Positions 28,013 to 37,770 of a stretch of DNA of 64,000 bases are shown piece by piece. The translations under genes and the position numbers were made by a program. The notes under the pieces were generated by a model. The model saw only the letters and a program-made list of their open reading frames with translations, searched no databases and was not told where the DNA came from. Position 1 is the first letter of the stretch. Each line of letters begins with the position of its first letter. Source of the DNA: a bacterium (lineage in GTDB: Bacteria; Zhuqueibacterota; Zhuqueibacteria; Residuimicrobiales; Krinioviventaceae). Location of the stretch: assembly GCA_963674595.2 (NCBI GenBank), contig CAXXFV010000018.1, forward strand, positions 32,001-96,000, in the 5' to 3' direction.

Positions 28013-28882
28013 ATGATGACAAAACAGAATTCCGTTTCTGCGATATTACTAATATACTGTCCTGATCAACAGGGTATTGTAGCGGCGATTACAAAATTTT
28101 TAGCTGAATATAACGGCAACATTCTCCATTTGGACCAGCATGTAGATCTTGAGCAAAATGTGTTCTTTACGCGGGTTGAGTGGGATTTGACCGATTTTGC
28201 ACTCAAAAGAAAAGACATATTTGAACGTTTTAAACCGATTGCTGAAAAATTTTCCATGACATGGGACGTACATTTTACAGACTATAAACCCAAAGTAGCT
28301 GTTTTTGTCTCCAAACTGACCCACTGCTTATATGACGTATTGTCACGATACCAGTCCGGTGAATGGAACATTGAAATCCCGTTGGTCATCAGCAACCATC
28401 CGGATGCGAACCCGATCGTTAAAAAATTTGATATAAACTATTTTGAAATACCTGTGAGCGGTGAAAACAAGGAAAAACAGGAAAAAAAACAGCTACAGTT
28501 GTTATCGGACCATGAGATAGATTTTGTCGTGCTGGCGCGTTATATGCAGATATTATCACCCCAATTTTTAGACAGCTACCAAAACAGAGTCATTAATATT
28601 CATCATTCTTTTCTGCCGGCCTTTCCAGGTGCAAAACCCTATCACTCCGCCTATGCCCGGGGTGTTAAAATTATCGGTGCGACAAGCCATTACGTTACTT
28701 CTGATCTGGATGCGGGCCCGATTATCGAACAGGATATTATCCGGGTTACTCATAAAAATTCCATCAAAGATATCATTCACAAAGGCAAAGACCTGGAGAA
28801 AATAGTACTGGCACGTGCTATATGGTATCATCTTCAACATAAAATTTTGGTATATAACAATAAAACGGTTGTCTTTGATTAA
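28013..28882 (+). CDS. purU: Formyltetrahydrofolate deformylase
   Basis: CPDQQGIVA, VLARYMQILS, INIHHSFLPAFPGAKPYH, GATSHYVT.DLDAGPIIEQ. Confidence 0.96.
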   Translation: MMTKQNSVSAILLIYCPDQQGIVAAITKFLAEYNGNILHLDQHVDLEQNVFFTRVEWDLTDFALKRKDIFERFKPIAEKFSMTWDVHFTDYKPKVAVFVSKLTHCLYDVLSRYQSGEWNIEIPLVISNHPDANPIVKKFDINYFEIPVSGENKEKQEKKQLQLLSDHEIDFVVLARYMQILSPQFLDSYQNRVINIHHSFLPAFPGAKPYHSAYARGVKIIGATSHYVTSDLDAGPIIEQDIIRVTHKNSIKDIIHKGKDLEKIVLARAIWYHLQHKILVYNNKTVVFD

Positions 28883-30015
28883 TGGAAGGAACCAAACAAA
28901 ATATAGTTATTTTAGGTTCCGGCATGGTCGGCCGGGCAATAGCAGCAGACTTGAGCTATGATTATAATGTCACGGCTGTTGATATTGATAAAAATAATTT
29001 AGCAGAGCTTGAAAAAACGCATTCGGTTAAAACCGTGTGCGCAAACCTGGGTGATGTTGAACAACTAAACGCCTGTATCAAAGACCAGGACCTAGTTATC
29101 GGCGCCGTTCCCGGATTCATGGGATATAAAACCCTTAAAAATGTCATACTTATCAAAAAAAATATTGTTGATATTTCTTTTTTTCCTGAAGACCCGTTTG
29201 ATCTGTTTGATTTAGCCAAAGACAACAATGTAACAGCGATTATCGACTGTGGTGTTGCACCGGGCATGAGTAATTTGATTTTGGGATATCATAATGCCCG
29301 AATGGACGTTAAACGATTCGAATGTTATGTAGGCGGTCTGCCGTTTACACGGACCTGGCCCTTTAACTACAAGGCCCCTTTTTCACCCATTGACGTTCTT
29401 GAAGAGTATACCCGGCCTGCACGTCTGGTTGAAAACAGCCGGATCGTTACAAAACCGGCCCTGACAGATCCGGAAATCATCGAATTTGAAACCGTTGGAA
29501 GCCTGGAGGCCTTTAACACAGATGGTCTAAGAACATTGTTGAAAATTGACGTACCGTTTATGAAAGAAAAAACATTACGCTATCCGGGGCATATTGAAAT
29601 CATGCGCTTATTACGGGAAACAGGTTTTTTCTCAAAAAATCCGGTACAAATCAACAACACCTTTGTTACACCTCTGGAATTCACGTCGAAAATACTTTTT
29701 CCGCAATGGAAATTAAAAGAGAACGAAAAAGAATTTACCGTGATGCGTGTTATTGTAAACGGCCTTGAAGGCAATAAAGAAAAAACATACGAATACAACC
29801 TGTTTGATCAATATGACAAAAAGACCAAAACAAGTTCAATGGCACGGACCACAGGCTATACCTGTACAGCCGCCGCCCGTTTGCTATTAAGCGGGAAATT
29901 CGATGAAAAAGGACTTTATCCCCCGGAAACAATCGCCGACAAACCGGGCGTATTTCAACATATAATTGATTATTTAAAAGAACGAAATATACACTACGAC
30001 CTTGAGGAATATTAG
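28882..30015 (+). CDS. Saccharopine dehydrogenase family / lysine 6-dehydrogenase-like
   Basis: ILGSGMVG, DCGVAPGMSN, EAFNTDGLRTL, EKTLRYPGH, SMARTTGY. Confidence 0.85.
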   Translation: MEGTKQNIVILGSGMVGRAIAADLSYDYNVTAVDIDKNNLAELEKTHSVKTVCANLGDVEQLNACIKDQDLVIGAVPGFMGYKTLKNVILIKKNIVDISFFPEDPFDLFDLAKDNNVTAIIDCGVAPGMSNLILGYHNARMDVKRFECYVGGLPFTRTWPFNYKAPFSPIDVLEEYTRPARLVENSRIVTKPALTDPEIIEFETVGSLEAFNTDGLRTLLKIDVPFMKEKTLRYPGHIEIMRLLRETGFFSKNPVQINNTFVTPLEFTSKILFPQWKLKENEKEFTVMRVIVNGLEGNKEKTYEYNLFDQYDKKTKTSSMARTTGYTCTAAARLLLSGKFDEKGLYPPETIADKPGVFQHIIDYLKERNIHYDLEEY

Positions 30016-30023
30016 TACCACCT

Positions 30024-30674
30024 ATGCCGAAAAAAAAATTGAAGCGCATGAAGGCGCTTCCGTCCTTCGAAACAGTAGTTCAACATCCGGAAAAGTATCG
30101 CGGAACATGGAACAAGAACTATTTTAAAAACAACAATAAAATCACTCTGGAATTGGCCTGTGGAAAAGGTGATTATACAATTGCTTTGGCAGAAAAATAT
30201 CCCGGCCAAAATTTCATAGGAATTGATCTAAAAGGGGCGCGTCTTTATATCGGAGCTCAAAAAGCGCAGAATCAAAACCTGAAAAATGCAGCGTTTATTA
30301 ACACAAACATCCAGAATTTGGCTGATATTTTTGGGCCCGAGGAAATTTCGGAAATATGGATTCCCTTTCCGGATCCATACCCCAAAGTCAGCAAAGCAGG
30401 AAAAAGGCTTGTTTCTCACGGTTACCTTGCTCTTTATCAACAAATAATTGATAAAGATTGTCACATACATTTCAAAACAGATGATGACCCGCTTTTCCGT
30501 TATGCGCTCGCATCCATAGAATCCTTTCATGGTGAAATTGTGCATTCGTTAAAAGACATATATGAACAACAGTTGGAAAACGAAAACATAACCGTACAAA
30601 CAACATACGAAAAGCGTCATCTGCAATCCGGTAAAAAAATCAAATACATTTGTTTCACATTAAAAAAGATCTAG
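30024..30674 (+). CDS. trmB: tRNA (guanine-N7)-methyltransferase
   Basis: LELACGKG, FIGIDLKGAR, FPDP, HFKTD, TTYE. Confidence 0.93.
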   Translation: MPKKKLKRMKALPSFETVVQHPEKYRGTWNKNYFKNNNKITLELACGKGDYTIALAEKYPGQNFIGIDLKGARLYIGAQKAQNQNLKNAAFINTNIQNLADIFGPEEISEIWIPFPDPYPKVSKAGKRLVSHGYLALYQQIIDKDCHIHFKTDDDPLFRYALASIESFHGEIVHSLKDIYEQQLENENITVQTTYEKRHLQSGKKIKYICFTLKKI

Positions 30675-30816
30675 TTTCTTTTTATTCATTGATTCTTGCA
30701 AGATTTCTTTTTAACTTGAATTCCAGGAATTAAAAAATTAAATCGGGAACTTTTGCGGTTAAAATTAAATTATAATAGAGTCTGGTTTAATCATATAAAA
30801 ACTGACAAAACATAAT

Positions 30817-31567
30817 ATGGATGCTTTAAATTTTTCTCAGGTGGCCGACCGGTTGTCAAAGGCAAAACATGTTGCCGTATTGACAGGTGCAGGAATTTCT
30901 GCGGAAAGCGGAATAGCAACATTTCGTGGAGAAGGCGGTTTATGGCAGAAATTTAAGCCTGAAGAATTGGCAAGTATGGACGCATTCATGCGCAATCCTC
31001 AATTGGTATGGGAATGGTATGAATATCGTCGTAAAATCATCAATGAAGTTACTCCAAATGCTGCGCACCATATTTTGTCAGAAATGGAAAAGTATTATGA
31101 ACATTTTACTCTCAGCACTCAAAATGTAGATAGTCTGCACGTTCAGGCAGGAAACAAAAACGTTCTTGAATTACATGGAAACATTTTACGTAATAAATGC
31201 TCTCAATGTAATAAAATAATGTTTGATGTACATTTTAAAAAGGGTGATGTACTTCCACGTTGCGAATGCGGCGGCATGATAAGACCAGATGTTGTCTGGT
31301 TTGGAGAAATGCTACCTTCTGAAGTTTTGGAAGCGTCATTTGAAGCTGCAACGACCGCAGATGTATACCTGTCTATTGGTACCTTCTGCGATAGTTTATC
31401 CGGCGGCCATGCTTCCTATTGAGGCAAAACGGCACGGAGCTTTTGTCATAGAAATCAATCTTGATCAAACACCATTGACAAAACAAGTGGATGTCAGTTT
31501 TTTAGGAAAGGCCGGAGAAATTTTACCAGTATTATGGGAAGCCGTAAAAAATTCACCCCAATCTTGA
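30817..31567 (+). pseudogene. cobB: NAD-dependent protein deacylase (sirtuin) with a +1 frameshift at ~31384 (lesion or sequencing error)
   Basis: LTGAGISAESGIATFRG, TQNVD.LH, ELHG, RPDVVWFGE; removing one T from GGTACCTTCTGCG restores GTSAIVYPAA...EINLD to the stop at 31567. Confidence 0.85.
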
Positions 31568-31589
31568 ATAATTTTTAGAAATTGTTATT

Positions 31590-33956
31590 ATGAAGCCCTG
31601 CAATAAAGTTTATATTCTCTTCATTGTCCTGTTATTTTCAGGATGCGCCTATTACAATACATTTTTTAATGCAAAACAAGCTTTTAATAACGCAGAAAAA
31701 GAGCGTAAAAAACGGGAAAAAACACAAATCGTTGAATTATCTGCTGAAGAAAAAGCGCAATTAAAAAAGAAAGGCCAATATTACTCAAACAGCAGCAACA
31801 GGGCCAGTACCCAGGAGATGCAGGAATATCAGGTTGCCATCGAAAAATCTTCCAAAGTTTTAGAATTTTATCCCAAAAGTAAATATATTGATGATGCGCT
31901 GGACCTTATCGGAAAAAGCTTTTATTACCGTCGTGAATATAAAAGAGCTCTTAGAAAATTTGAAGAAATTATAAAGTTGTATCCTGAAAGTGATTATGTA
32001 CCCGAAGCACGATTATACATGGCAAAAACCCTTATCGGGCTTGAAGAATTTGAAGATGCTGAACAGCACTTTCGCCAAATCATTAATGATACAAAAATAG
32101 AAAAACGATTAAAAGAAGAAGCAAAATACGAGCTTGCCGGACTGTATTATGAAAGAGAAAATTATGAACAAGCAAGCCAATATTACAAAAGTTCGGCCAA
32201 AGAAGCAGATGACAAACTTATCCGGGCCCTTTCTTTATACAGGCTTGGTGAATGTCTCATTTATTTAAAACAATTTGATGAAGCGCCTGAAATATTTAAA
32301 AAAACAGTTGATATTAGTCCGAATGAAGACTTTAAATCTCAATCTACGTTTAAATTAGGAGAAGCTCAAAGTTTAAACAATGATTATGAAAACGCCATCA
32401 AAACATTTAGAGATTTACTTTCAAAAGAGTATGAAGTAAAGCGGATTCCAAATATCAAATTCCAGCTTGCGGAAAATCTTCGGCTAAACGGACAACTGGA
32501 TGACGCTATAAAATGGTATGATGATATTATTGAACTTCATAAACGAACAGATGCCTCGGCCCGCAGTTACTTTTCTCTCGGTGAAATTGAAGAATTTACC
32601 AATCTCGATTATAAAAAAGCTAAAGAAAATTATGACATGGTCAGAGGGGAGTTTGTAAACTCTATCGTAGCACCCAAAGCTACCGAAAGGGCCAAAAATA
32701 TCGGAGAACTCTTGGACCTTTCAAAAGATATTGCTGTTTTGGAAGGAAGGGAAGTCGAATCGGATTCTCTTAATGCTGAAGGTGATTCTGATTCCAAAAG
32801 AGACAAAAGGGAACGTGATAACGCACCTATCGACCTCGATCCCGATGGAATATGGATCAACTATGCGGATAGAGACAGACCAGCTCCGTTGACTTTGCAA
32901 GACAGAAACAGAATGGCTTTAAACGGTGCTGAACACGATAGCACTGGAAATTCCGTATCGGCTGACAGTTTAACGGCTACCTCGGCTGAAGATGATAGTT
33001 TAAGGCTTGTAGAACAAAAAGAACAGGAAGAAAAATCAAAAAAGGCACAGCTTGCAACAAAATATATGTCACTGGCTGAATTACTGAATTTTCATTTTGA
33101 AAAACCAGACACTGCGCTTACAGACTATCAAATGGTCGTTGATTTGGATGTCGATTCATCCATGTCTGCACGCGCCATTTATTCCATGGCTTATATTTAT
33201 GAAAACGAAAAAAAGGATACAAATACATCCGATTCTTTATATCAGTATATAATAGAGCATTATCCATCAAGCCCTCATGCAAAGGGCGCAAAAAGACAGC
33301 TCAATTTAATTACTGAAGAAAAAGTGGATTCCGCCAAAGTATTATTCACGAAAGCAGAAAAAATTATTGAGGAAAATGATAATATTAATGAAGCGTTTGA
33401 TCTCTACTCAAATATTATAGACACGTATCCGGACTCACCCTATGCAGCAAAAGCGGCATTTGCACGGGGTTGGTATTTTGAAAACAGCATGTTTAATAAC
33501 GACTCTGCCAAAGCACAATATGAATTCATTGTGGAAAAATATCCTGAAACACCTTATGCAAAAAATGTCCAGATAAAACTGGATGCCATCGAAGAAGCAA
33601 TAAAAGCTGAGGAAGCCAGAAAACAGGCAATTGCAGATTCGCTTGCAAGCCTGGAAAAAGCAAAAAGTGATTCACTCGCGGCACTAGCTTCAGACAGCCT
33701 GGCGTCTGACAGTTTGTCCGTAGCAGCATCTCTTTCCGATACCACCCTAACAGCGCCTGCTGACTCTTTGCAAGCACAAACCAGCACAGACACAAAAACT
33801 GCCGGTCAGGATACCACACCTAAAAATGATGAAAAAAGCCTGAATTCTCAAGATCTAAAAAGTATCATGGAACAGAGAAAGAGAATCCATCAAGAAGAGC
33901 AAGAAAAACAAGAAAAATCAAAAAAAGAAGAACCCAAAAAACCTGAAAATGAATAA
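31590..33956 (+). CDS. TPR-repeat lipoprotein (SprE/PorW- or BamD-like)
   Basis: Lipobox FSGC followed by AYYNTFFNA; many TPR and YP.S.Y repeats. Confidence 0.75.
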   Translation: MKPCNKVYILFIVLLFSGCAYYNTFFNAKQAFNNAEKERKKREKTQIVELSAEEKAQLKKKGQYYSNSSNRASTQEMQEYQVAIEKSSKVLEFYPKSKYIDDALDLIGKSFYYRREYKRALRKFEEIIKLYPESDYVPEARLYMAKTLIGLEEFEDAEQHFRQIINDTKIEKRLKEEAKYELAGLYYERENYEQASQYYKSSAKEADDKLIRALSLYRLGECLIYLKQFDEAPEIFKKTVDISPNEDFKSQSTFKLGEAQSLNNDYENAIKTFRDLLSKEYEVKRIPNIKFQLAENLRLNGQLDDAIKWYDDIIELHKRTDASARSYFSLGEIEEFTNLDYKKAKENYDMVRGEFVNSIVAPKATERAKNIGELLDLSKDIAVLEGREVESDSLNAEGDSDSKRDKRERDNAPIDLDPDGIWINYADRDRPAPLTLQDRNRMALNGAEHDSTGNSVSADSLTATSAEDDSLRLVEQKEQEEKSKKAQLATKYMSLAELLNFHFEKPDTALTDYQMVVDLDVDSSMSARAIYSMAYIYENEKKDTNTSDSLYQYIIEHYPSSPHAKGAKRQLNLITEEKVDSAKVLFTKAEKIIEENDNINEAFDLYSNIIDTYPDSPYAAKAAFARGWYFENSMFNNDSAKAQYEFIVEKYPETPYAKNVQIKLDAIEEAIKAEEARKQAIADSLASLEKAKSDSLAALASDSLASDSLSVAASLSDTTLTAPADSLQAQTSTDTKTAGQDTTPKNDEKSLNSQDLKSIMEQRKRIHQEEQEKQEKSKKEEPKKPENE

Positions 33957-33959
33957 TTA

Positions 33960-34784
33960 ATGGTTAATAATTTGAATAAAAAACAGCTATCCGAATCCCG
34001 CATTATATCAATCGAAAAAAAAGCTTTAGATATTTACAGATATCGTTTAACGGCACCAAACATTTCACAATCTGCCCGATCGGGAAATTTTATTAATGTA
34101 GAGGTTCCCCATTGTGAAGAAATTATGTGGCGTCGTCCGTTCAGCATACATAATTCACAGCCGGATGCCGGAACATTTGACATTCTATTTGCCGCTATTG
34201 GGCGCGGCACGCATGCACTGTTGAAAAACAAACCGGGTGATTCTTTAAATATTATAGGGCCACTCGGCAATTCGTTCGATTATCCGGATGACTTGCAGGA
34301 GGCAATTATTGTTGCCGGTGGAATTGGTATCGCTCCGTTTTTGTTAATGATGCAAGAATTGCCAACCAAAGATATAAAAAAATCTATTTTTTACGGCGCC
34401 GGGACCAGAGAACAACTGTGCTGCCTTGATGATTTTGAAAAAACCAATGCGGAAATTCATATATCGACAGACGATGGCTCTGCCGGATATAAAGGTTTTA
34501 TTACGGATATTTTAAACGATTATCTGGCATCTTTAACATCAACAACAGGCAAACAGCTTTATGTCTGCGGACCAACGCCAATGATGGTTAAAGTGCAGCA
34601 ACTGGCAAAACAATATAACATATCCGCACAAGTCACAGTCGAAAATGTTATGGCTTGTGGTTTTGGGGCCTGTATGGGCTGCCCGGTACCAATGGCAAAC
34701 CCGCCTCACGACGGTAAAAAATACCTGTTAGCATGTAAAGATGGTCCGGTTTTTAATATGAATGAGATTAATTTAAATGACTAG
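33960..34784 (+). CDS. pyrK: Dihydroorotate dehydrogenase electron transfer subunit
   Basis: RRPFSI, GPLGN, VAGGIGIAP, CGP.PM, MACGFGACMGC, CKDGPVF. Confidence 0.94.
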   Translation: MVNNLNKKQLSESRIISIEKKALDIYRYRLTAPNISQSARSGNFINVEVPHCEEIMWRRPFSIHNSQPDAGTFDILFAAIGRGTHALLKNKPGDSLNIIGPLGNSFDYPDDLQEAIIVAGGIGIAPFLLMMQELPTKDIKKSIFYGAGTREQLCCLDDFEKTNAEIHISTDDGSAGYKGFITDILNDYLASLTSTTGKQLYVCGPTPMMVKVQQLAKQYNISAQVTVENVMACGFGACMGCPVPMANPPHDGKKYLLACKDGPVFNMNEINLND

Positions 34785-35691
34785 CCTAAAAATAAATATT
34801 GGTTCTCTTGAATTATCAAATCCTGTTTCTGTAGCAAGCGGTACATTTGGTTACGCGGAAGAGTTTAAAGACTTTATCAATCTTGATCAGCTTGGTGCAA
34901 TCGTAACAAAAACAGTAACACTGGAACCCCGTCCCGGTAACAAACCGCCCAGAATTGTGGAAACACCCTCCGGAATGTTGAACGCCATCGGCCTTCCCAA
35001 TGTTGGTGTTGAACAATTTATCGTCGAAAAAATGCCCTTCCTGAGGACCCTAAACACGAAACTCATCGTTAATGTGGCCGGAAAGGCAGACAGCGATTTT
35101 GTTGAAGCCGTTGCAAGACTTGACCAGGTTGAAGGCATTGATGCTTTTGAGCTGAATTACTCTTGTCCCAATGTAAAAGAAGGCGGCATATCTTTCAGCG
35201 CTGATCCTGTAACGGCTGAAAATTTGACAAAGGCCATCCGTAAGGTCACGCAAAAACCCCTTATTGCCAAACTAACCCCCAATGTGACATCCATCAGTCA
35301 GATTGGACTCGCCGTGCAGAACGGAGGGGCTGATGCGGTCTCTGCGGTTAACACTTTTGTCGGTATGGCTATTAACGCCGTAACACGCAGACCCAAAATT
35401 GCAAACATAACCGGCGGACTCTCCGGTCCGGCAATAAAACCCCTGGCCCTGGCAAAGGTGTTTGAGCTGCATAAGGCGCTTTCCATTCCCATTATCGGAA
35501 TCGGCGGTATAATGAACGGACCGGATGCCATCGAGTTTTTTCTTGCCGGTGCTTCTGCCATTCAAGTCGGTACAGCCAATTTTATGAATCCTGATTCTAC
35601 GATTAAAATTTTAGATGAAATTAAAGAATATTGTTCTCAACACAATGTTACAAATATCCAGGAACTCATTGGCGGGCTTGTCATAGAGTAG
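34777..35691 (+). CDS. pyrD: Dihydroorotate dehydrogenase family 1B, catalytic subunit
   Basis: ASGTFGY, GMLNAIGL.N.G, ELNYSCPNV, KLTPNVT, GGLSGPAIKP. Confidence 0.96.
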   Translation: MTSLKINIGSLELSNPVSVASGTFGYAEEFKDFINLDQLGAIVTKTVTLEPRPGNKPPRIVETPSGMLNAIGLPNVGVEQFIVEKMPFLRTLNTKLIVNVAGKADSDFVEAVARLDQVEGIDAFELNYSCPNVKEGGISFSADPVTAENLTKAIRKVTQKPLIAKLTPNVTSISQIGLAVQNGGADAVSAVNTFVGMAINAVTRRPKIANITGGLSGPAIKPLALAKVFELHKALSIPIIGIGGIMNGPDAIEFFLAGASAIQVGTANFMNPDSTIKILDEIKEYCSQHNVTNIQELIGGLVIE

Positions 35692-35743
35692 CAGTCAAAT
35701 CAAACCAACAATAGTTTTCAGTTACAAACTGAGAGGAGTCTTT

Positions 35744-36571
35744 TTGAATTTAAAATCCTTTGGTATACGAACGATTATTGCCCTTATCTTTGGTCCGTTG
35801 ATTATTTTATCTGTTTTATTTGGAGGATATTATTTATTAGGATTTGTTCTCCTCGTTGTTATACTTTCAGTTTATGAATTTTACAAACTCGCTGAAAAAA
35901 AACAAACTTTTAGCAACCTTTTTATCGGTGAAATTTTTAGTATCGCCGTTGTTTTATCGCTATTCTTTTACGGAGTAGAATCGCTTATTCCGCTCATTAT
36001 GCTTTCAATGATTAGTGTATTCTTTTGGGCACTTTATCGTCCGAAAGGCTCTCCAACCTTAAATGTGCCGGTTACCTTTTTTCCCATTCTTTATTTTCCA
36101 ATAATGTTCGGCAGTTTACTGTTGGTAAGAGAGCTGCCGCATACTTATGACATTCCATACGGCGCGGCCGGGAAATGGCTGATGATGATGGTATTTGCAA
36201 CCTGGATTTGTGACACAGCCGCATACATTTTTGGTTCCTATTTCGGAAAACATAAATTAATTGAACGTATCAGTCCGAATAAAACCATTGAAGGTTCAGC
36301 CGCCGGATTTATCTTTTCTGTTTTAACAGCGTGGGGGTGCCATATGTGGTTTATCGACGGATTAAGGCTGGTGGATTCGCTGGTTATCGGGGCTATTGCC
36401 GGCATTTTCGGACAATATGGCGATCTGTTCGAATCCATGATCAAACGTGACGTCGGCGTTAAGGACTCTTCCTCTCTTATTCCCGAGCATGGAGGCGTTT
36501 TAGACCGGTTTGACAGTTTGACCTTTTCTACCCCGATTGTTTATCTGTATTTGAAATTCTTTGTATTTTAA
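35744..36571 (+). CDS. cdsA: Phosphatidate cytidylyltransferase
   Basis: DTAAY..G..FGKHKL..ISPNKT.EG, GDLFES.IKR..GVKDS..LIP.HGG.LDRFDS. Confidence 0.95.
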   Translation: MNLKSFGIRTIIALIFGPLIILSVLFGGYYLLGFVLLVVILSVYEFYKLAEKKQTFSNLFIGEIFSIAVVLSLFFYGVESLIPLIMLSMISVFFWALYRPKGSPTLNVPVTFFPILYFPIMFGSLLLVRELPHTYDIPYGAAGKWLMMMVFATWICDTAAYIFGSYFGKHKLIERISPNKTIEGSAAGFIFSVLTAWGCHMWFIDGLRLVDSLVIGAIAGIFGQYGDLFESMIKRDVGVKDSSSLIPEHGGVLDRFDSLTFSTPIVYLYLKFFVF

Positions 36572-36574
36572 AAA

Positions 36575-36600
36575 AAGAGCCGTTTTACAAAACGGCTCTT
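36575..36600. terminator. Terminator between convergent cdsA and ROK genes
   Basis: AAGAGCCGTTTT-AC-AAAACGGCTCTT, 12-bp stem. Confidence 0.75.
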
Positions 36601-36609
36601 GAAACATAT

Positions 36610-37548
36610 CTATTTATTTTCCATCTCTACACCATAAAGTGCAATTGAAATAGCGGCATAATCCCCTATTTTTTCTCCCAAAGCTGTCGGCACAATTTTG
36701 CATCCGCTTAAAGGTCTTGCCAGCGTTTCCTGTTCCAAAACCTCGCGAATCGGTTTTTCCAGCAAGTCCTGACACCGGGCATACAAACTTCCCAAAATAA
36801 TAACCTCAGGATTTAATATATCAATTATAGTTGATAAAGCCTGACCGGCATACCGCCCGGATTGATAAAATATATCAGCGGCAAATGCATCACCGGCACG
36901 TGCAGCTTCTGCAACATCTTTGGCGGTTATATCATACAGTTCTTTATTTTTAAACAATACGGATTCGTTTTCTCCTTCGGCCGCTAATATTTGCACCCAT
37001 TTTGCAATACCACCTCCACTGCAAAATCCTTCAAAGGAACCGTGTTTACCATATCCAATCGGGCCATCTGGTGCCAGTCGAATATGTCCTACTTCACCGG
37101 CCGCATATTGTTTCCCTTCGTAGAGCCTGCCGTTCAAAACAAGGCCCGCGCCCATACCGGTGCCATAGGTCAAAAATGCAACATTGTCATATCCTTTTCC
37201 GGCGCCAAACTTCCATTCCGCCAGGGCGCCGGCATTGGCATCATTCATAAGAAAAGCCTTACCGCCGAACCTTGAAACAATATCATCCACAATTGTAACA
37301 TGGTCCCAGTCCGGTAAATTGGGTGGTGATAAAATAATACCTTTTTCCTTATCCATCGGGTCACCACAGGCAATTCCAAAAATCGGATCTGTTAAAGGTT
37401 TTGCCTTTTCAATAACAGAAAAAAGCCGTTCCAGCGTTTCCGTAACTGTTGTTGTTTGAAATGTTTCTTTGAACGAAAAATGTCCGTTTTCATCGGATTT
37501 AACGACCGAACATTTTGTGCCGCCAATATCCAATCCGATTACATCCAT
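36610..37548 (-). CDS. ROK family sugar kinase
   Basis: GLDIGGTK, NDANAGALAE, GTGMGAG, AGEVGH. Confidence 0.92.
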   Translation of the reverse strand: MDVIGLDIGGTKCSVVKSDENGHFSFKETFQTTTVTETLERLFSVIEKAKPLTDPIFGIACGDPMDKEKGIILSPPNLPDWDHVTIVDDIVSRFGGKAFLMNDANAGALAEWKFGAGKGYDNVAFLTYGTGMGAGLVLNGRLYEGKQYAAGEVGHIRLAPDGPIGYGKHGSFEGFCSGGGIAKWVQILAAEGENESVLFKNKELYDITAKDVAEAARAGDAFAADIFYQSGRYAGQALSTIIDILNPEVIILGSLYARCQDLLEKPIREVLEQETLARPLSGCKIVPTALGEKIGDYAAISIALYGVEMENK

Positions 37549-37592
37549 GTTATAAAGCTCCTATCCCTTTTTTATATATTAACAGTTAATTT

Positions 37593-37751
37593 TTACAACG
37601 GTTCAAACATATCCTTACCAACATAACAGATAGGACAGAGCCAATCGTCCGGTGTGTCGTCAAATTCCGTTCCAGGGGGAACATCATTTTCAGGATCACC
37701 GACTTCAGGATCATATACGTAGCCGCAATTTGTACAAACATACTTTTCCAT
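37593..37751 (-). CDS. Rubredoxin (52 aa)
   Basis: [15 protein letters not shown]...WLCPIC; GGAGG RBS; true start 37751, not 37997. Confidence 0.93.
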   Translation of the reverse strand: MEKYVCTNCGYVYDPEVGDPENDVPPGTEFDDTPDDWLCPICYVGKDMFEPL

Positions 37752-37770
37752 GCTGCCTCCATCTTTTTTA

